Assembly (NCBI GenBank): GCA_902538915.1
Contig: CACBGZ010000001.1
Location: 181,108-245,107, forward strand
Source of the DNA: an uncultured Pelagibacteraceae bacterium
GTDB taxonomy: Bacteria; Pseudomonadota; Alphaproteobacteria; Pelagibacterales; Pelagibacteraceae
DNA: 64,000 nucleotides
Direction of reading: 5' to 3'
Part shown: positions 60,046-64,000 of the stretch, in pieces
Layout: each line of letters begins with the position of its first letter
Numbering within the stretch: position 1 is the first letter of the stretch
Position numbers and translations under genes: made by a program
The notes under the pieces: generated by a model
Seen by the model: only the letters and a program-made list of their open reading frames with translations
Told to the model about the DNA's origin: nothing
Databases searched by the model: none

Positions 60046-61206
60046 ATGATTAAAATTTCAAAATTATTAATTTCTTTACTATTTTTATTTATATTTGGCG
60101 TTTCACAAAAAGTATTCGCAAATGAGAAAATAAAAATTGGATTGCTTATTCCATTGAGCGAAGATAATCAAGAAATTGGTCAACAGATTATCAAAACCGT
60201 TAGAATGGCAATAAATGATATTGACAATGAGAATATAGAAATAATTGTCAAAGATACAAAATCTAATCCTAATAGCACTCTAAAATCTGCTATTGAATTA
60301 AAAAATGAAAATATAAAAATTGTAATAGGTCCAGTATTTTATGAAAATCTTATTTATCTTAACGAAGTTGAAGATACAATTTTTTTGTCATTAACAAATA
60401 AAACTATCGGTCTCCCAAAAAATGTTATTAGCGCTGGTGTAAATTCTACCTCTCAACTTAATACTATTAAAAAATTTTTAGAATTAAATGAGATTAAAAA
60501 AACAATCTTTTTATTGCCAAAACTAAAATATGGAGCTGAAATTAAAAAAGGTTTAAAAAATTCAAAGTTAAAAACTAAAAAGGTATTTGAGTATGATACT
60601 GAACCAACTAAACTGACGAAACAAATAGAAAAAATAACTAATTATAAAATTAGAAAGCAAAATTTAGAGGATGAAATAAAAAGATTAGAACAATCTGATG
60701 ATCCGAATAAAGAGAAAAAAATTAAACAGTTAGAAAAAAAATATACATTGGGCAAAGTTAACTTTAATTCAGTTGTAATAGCTGATTTTGATGAAAGTTT
60801 AAAAAGTGTTGCTACATCTCTTCTGTACACTGATGTGTCACCTGAAAAAAAATATTTTATATCACTGAATCAATGGTTTGATGAGAGCTTAATACAAGAA
60901 AAAAGTCTTCAACCCATATATTATCCCTCGATAAATAAAAAAAATTGGGAACAATATAAGGATAGGTTTTACAGAAAATTTAAAAAATATCCAAACCATT
61001 TAAGCTTACTTAGTTATGATTTAGTTGGTTTAATTTATTACCTGTCATTAAAAAATGACTTTATGACAACAGATGCTCAAAAACTTTTTAAAGACGAAAG
61101 TTCTTTTAAAGGTAAAATTGGAATTTTTGATATCAAAAATAATAAAATAAATCACCGTTTAAATTTCTATAAGATTGAAAAAAATCAAACTACAGAAATT
61201 TTTTAA
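60046..61206 (+). CDS. Periplasmic binding-fold protein, LppC/LpoA-like
   Basis: Signal peptide, KIGLLIPLS, VIGP and YDLV pattern; divergent from rsmI. Confidence 0.7.
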   Translation: MIKISKLLISLLFLFIFGVSQKVFANEKIKIGLLIPLSEDNQEIGQQIIKTVRMAINDIDNENIEIIVKDTKSNPNSTLKSAIELKNENIKIVIGPVFYENLIYLNEVEDTIFLSLTNKTIGLPKNVISAGVNSTSQLNTIKKFLELNEIKKTIFLLPKLKYGAEIKKGLKNSKLKTKKVFEYDTEPTKLTKQIEKITNYKIRKQNLEDEIKRLEQSDDPNKEKKIKQLEKKYTLGKVNFNSVVIADFDESLKSVATSLLYTDVSPEKKYFISLNQWFDESLIQEKSLQPIYYPSINKKNWEQYKDRFYRKFKKYPNHLSLLSYDLVGLIYYLSLKNDFMTTDAQKLFKDESSFKGKIGIFDIKNNKINHRLNFYKIEKNQTTEIF

Positions 61207-61792
61207 TCTTCTTAAAAGCTTTAAATCTATGGTCAATTTTATGCTTCAAACTAGGCCTCATTTCACCAAAGGTTAATTTTTTTTTAAGAGGTATGAAAAT
61301 AGGATCGTATCCAAAACCATTATTGCCTTTTGGTTTACTTGATATATGTCCCTCAACTTTACTTTGAACACAAGCAATTTTTTTTTTTAGATGACTTATT
61401 GATAGAGCACATATAAATCGGGCTTTTATTTTTTTACTTTTCCAATTTTTATCTTTTTTATATAGTTCTCTATAAACTTTTTTTATTGCAATTTTAAAAT
61501 CAGATTTTTTTCCTCCCCACCTCGCCGAATATATTCCTGGCCTTTTTTTTAAAATATCAATTTCCAACCCAGAGTCGTCTGCCAAACAGGTTAAATTCGC
61601 TTTTTTTGAAAAATACCTTGATTTTATAAGTGAATTTTCTTTAAAAGTTTTACCAGTTTCTCTAGGGCTTTTGAGATTAAATTCTGATGTTGAATAAATT
61701 TTGATATATTTTGGTAATAAATTCTTGATTTCGCGCAGTTTACCCTTGTTATTTGTTCCAATTAATAATTCATTTATTTTTTGTTTAAACAT
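61190..61792 (-). CDS. rdgB: dITP/XTP pyrophosphatase
   Basis: TNNKGK, ADDSGL, PGIYSARW and GFGYDPIF motifs. Confidence 0.95.
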   Translation of the reverse strand: MFKQKINELLIGTNNKGKLREIKNLLPKYIKIYSTSEFNLKSPRETGKTFKENSLIKSRYFSKKANLTCLADDSGLEIDILKKRPGIYSARWGGKKSDFKIAIKKVYRELYKKDKNWKSKKIKARFICALSISHLKKKIACVQSKVEGHISSKPKGNNGFGYDPIFIPLKKKLTFGEMRPSLKHKIDHRFKAFKKIKKFL

Positions 61793-61828
61793 CTAGAAAT
61801 TATGAAAATCCTTACCATATAAGATCGT

Positions 61829-62488
61829 ATGGAAAAAGAAGAAAACCAAAATAATAATACCAGGAATAAAAGTCAAGAAGCAGAAATTGCTGAAAATGAT
61901 ATTGGTGAAAATGAAAATAATATTCAGTCTCAACCCAAAAATGTTACACTGGAAGAGAAAGAAAAAATAAAACAATCTTCTCCAGCTGAAAAAATTGCCG
62001 AACTTGAAGATAAGATAGCAAGGACTTTGGCTGAAATGGAAAATCAAAGAAGAAGATTTGAAAAAGAAAAAGAAGATGCATTTGAATATGGTGGTTATAG
62101 TTTTGCAAAAGAAGCATTGAGCTTAATTGATAACTTAGAACGATCAAAAAATGTTTTAGAGAATGATGATAAACTTAGAGAAACTGAGGCATTAAAGAAA
62201 ATACTTGAACACTTAGATATAATTAAGAAAGATCTAATATCTATTTTTGAAAAAAATAATATTAAACCTATTGATAGTTTAAACCAAAAACTAGATCCAA
62301 ATTTTCATCAAGCAATGATTGAAATAGAGGACGATACTAAAGAGCCAGGCACAATAATCCAAGAAATTCAAAAAGGATTTACTATAAAAGACAGATTATT
62401 AAGACCGTCATTAGTTGGTGTATCAAAGAAAGTTTCAAAAAAAGAGGAAAAAAACAACAAAAATGAGGATAATTCGAGAGATAAATAA
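61829..62488 (+). CDS. grpE: Nucleotide exchange factor GrpE
   Basis: AEMENQRRR, DNLER, DPNFHQA and RLLRPS.V.V. Confidence 0.96.
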   Translation: MEKEENQNNNTRNKSQEAEIAENDIGENENNIQSQPKNVTLEEKEKIKQSSPAEKIAELEDKIARTLAEMENQRRRFEKEKEDAFEYGGYSFAKEALSLIDNLERSKNVLENDDKLRETEALKKILEHLDIIKKDLISIFEKNNIKPIDSLNQKLDPNFHQAMIEIEDDTKEPGTIIQEIQKGFTIKDRLLRPSLVGVSKKVSKKEEKNNKNEDNSRDK

Positions 62489-62500
62489 TTATGAGGTTAG

Positions 62501-62528
62501 CTTGTAGTTTTGTATTTAGCACCTATAT
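62501..62528 (+). promoter_or_regulatory. RpoH (sigma32)-type heat-shock promoter of dnaK
   Basis: CTTG-N17-CCTATAT matches the alphaproteobacterial RpoH consensus. Confidence 0.75.
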
Positions 62529-62549
62529 GAAGATCAGGTTTTAAAAGAA

Positions 62550-64000
62550 ATGAGTAAAATAATTGGAATAGATTTAGGTACTACGAATTCTTGTGTTGCT
62601 ATCATGGAAGGTACACAAGCTAAGGTACTAGAAAATGCAGAGGGTGCAAGAACGACTCCTTCGGTAGTTGCATTTACTGATGAAAATGAAAAATTAATTG
62701 GTCAGCCAGCTAAAAGACAGGCTGTAACCAATCCTGAAAATACTATATTTGCTGTTAAAAGATTAATTGGAAGAAATTTTGATGATCCTACAGTAAAAAA
62801 AGATGTCGAGGCAGCACCTTTTAAAATTGTAAATTCTGAAAAAGGTGACGCTTGGATTGAAGCAAAAGGAGAAAAGTATTCACCATCGCAAATCTCTGCT
62901 TTCATACTTCAAAAGATGAAAGAGACTGCTGAAAAATACTTAGGTCAGGCTGTAACTAAAGCAGTTATAACTGTGCCTGCATATTTCAACGATGCACAGA
63001 GACAAGCAACTAAAGATGCTGGTAAAATTGCTGGCTTAGAAGTTTTAAGAATTATAAATGAACCTACTGCTGCTTCATTGGCGTATGGACTTGATAAAAA
63101 ACAAAATAAAAAAATAGCAGTCTACGATTTAGGTGGAGGAACTTTTGATGTTTCAATACTGGAATTAGGTGATGGTGTATTTGAGGTAAAATCTACTAAT
63201 GGTGATACATTTTTAGGTGGAGAAGATTTTGATAATGCTGTTGTAGAGTATCTAATTGGCGAATTTAAGAAAGATAGCGGTATTGATCTTAAATCAGACA
63301 AATTAGCATTACAAAGATTAAAAGAAGCTGCTGAAAAAGCTAAAATAGAACTTTCAGCTGCAGAACAAACAGACATCAATCTTCCTTTTATCACAGCTGA
63401 TAAAACTGGACCAAAGCACATTAACTTAAAGATGACTAGAGCAAAGCTTGAAGCTTTAGTTGAAGATTTAATTGCCAGAACAATCCCCCCATGTAAAACT
63501 GCCTTAAAAGATGCTGGAATTTCTGCAAGTGATATTAATGAAGTAGTTATGGTAGGTGGTATGACTAGAATGCCAAAAGTTATAGAGGAAGTAAAAAACT
63601 TTTTTGGCAAAGATCCTAATAAAAGTGTCAACCCTGACGAAGTAGTAGCAATGGGTGCAGCTATCCAAGCTGGTGTATTACAAGGAGATGTAAAGGATGT
63701 ATTGTTATTAGATGTTACACCGCTCTCTCTTGGAATTGAGACACTAGGAGGAGTATCTACAAAACTTATTGAAAAAAATACAACTATTCCTACAAAAAAA
63801 AGTCAGGTATTTTCTACTGCTGAAGACAATCAGCCAGCTGTTTCAATTAGAGTTTTGCAGGGAGAAAGGGAAATGGCAACTGATAATAAATTATTAGGAA
63901 ATTTTGAATTAATAGGTATTGCTCCAGCACCCAGAGGTGTCCCTCAAATTGAAGTAACTTTTGATATCGATGCAAACGGAATAGTAAATGTGTCGGCAAA
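62550..64000 (+). CDS. dnaK: Chaperone DnaK (5' part; runs off window end)
   Basis: Manual translation [17 protein letters not shown]...[11 protein letters not shown]...DLGGGTFD...[16 protein letters not shown]. Confidence 0.98.
   Translation, partial: MSKIIGIDLGTTNSCVAIMEGTQAKVLENAEGARTTPSVVAFTDENEKLIGQPAKRQAVTNPENTIFAVKRLIGRNFDDPTVKKDVEAAPFKIVNSEKGDAWIEAKGEKYSPSQISAFILQKMKETAEKYLGQAVTKAVITVPAYFNDAQRQATKDAGKIAGLEVLRIINEPTAASLAYGLDKKQNKKIAVYDLGGGTFDVSILELGDGVFEVKSTNGDTFLGGEDFDNAVVEYLIGEFKKDSGIDLKSDKLALQRLKEAAEKAKIELSAAEQTDINLPFITADKTGPKHINLKMTRAKLEALVEDLIARTIPPCKTALKDAGISASDINEVVMVGGMTRMPKVIEEVKNFFGKDPNKSVNPDEVVAMGAAIQAGVLQGDVKDVLLLDVTPLSLGIETLGGVSTKLIEKNTTIPTKKSQVFSTAEDNQPAVSIRVLQGEREMATDNKLLGNFELIGIAPAPRGVPQIEVTFDIDANGIVNVSA

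Noticed and set aside
3331-62147. Numerous 60-99 aa ORFs antisense to aceF, carD, katG, pnp, infB, nusA, maeB, grpE and others
   Set aside because: They lie opposite well-supported genes and have the Ser/Phe/Ile-rich composition typical of reverse-strand shadows.
63122-63631. 169-aa antisense ORF (and 62702-62905) within dnaK
   Set aside because: Well-known antisense shadow frame of hsp70 genes; no independent signals.

Overview
Very AT-rich, tightly packed core-chromosome segment of a streamlined marine alphaproteobacterium. Gene content and order point to a Pelagibacterales/SAR11-type genome; this is inferred from protein sequences and compactness, not from a search. It runs from gltD (partial) through aceEF, helicase-fdxA-carD, argH-lysA, dnaN-dnaA-rpsT-mutM-ubiEB-coaBC-dut, katG-irr, fabABI, nusA-infB-rbfA-rpsO-pnp, metK-lnt-ybeY-phoH-miaB-fur, trpS-murJ-maeB and grpE to dnaK (partial). 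It has two tRNAs (Arg-ACG, Leu-CAA). I saw no CRISPR, prophage or transposase. The best novelty lies below the 60-aa ORF cutoff and in the few intergenic gaps. (1) A self-contained gene for a 25-aa protamine/histone-H1-like peptide has its own promoter, RBS, terminator and paired GANTC sites, and converges on a CarD with an H1-like Lys-rich N-terminal arm and an acidic tail. (2) A 59-aa eight-cysteine microprotein sits behind tandem Fur-box-like sites at the end of a katG / putative Fe(II)-2OG hydroxylase / DUF2061-like cluster with Irr (ICE)-like operators. (3) A pentamer-repeat leader with out-of-frame AUGs precedes pnp. (4) A minimal tsaB and a secreted deacetylase overlap head-to-head within their coding regions.
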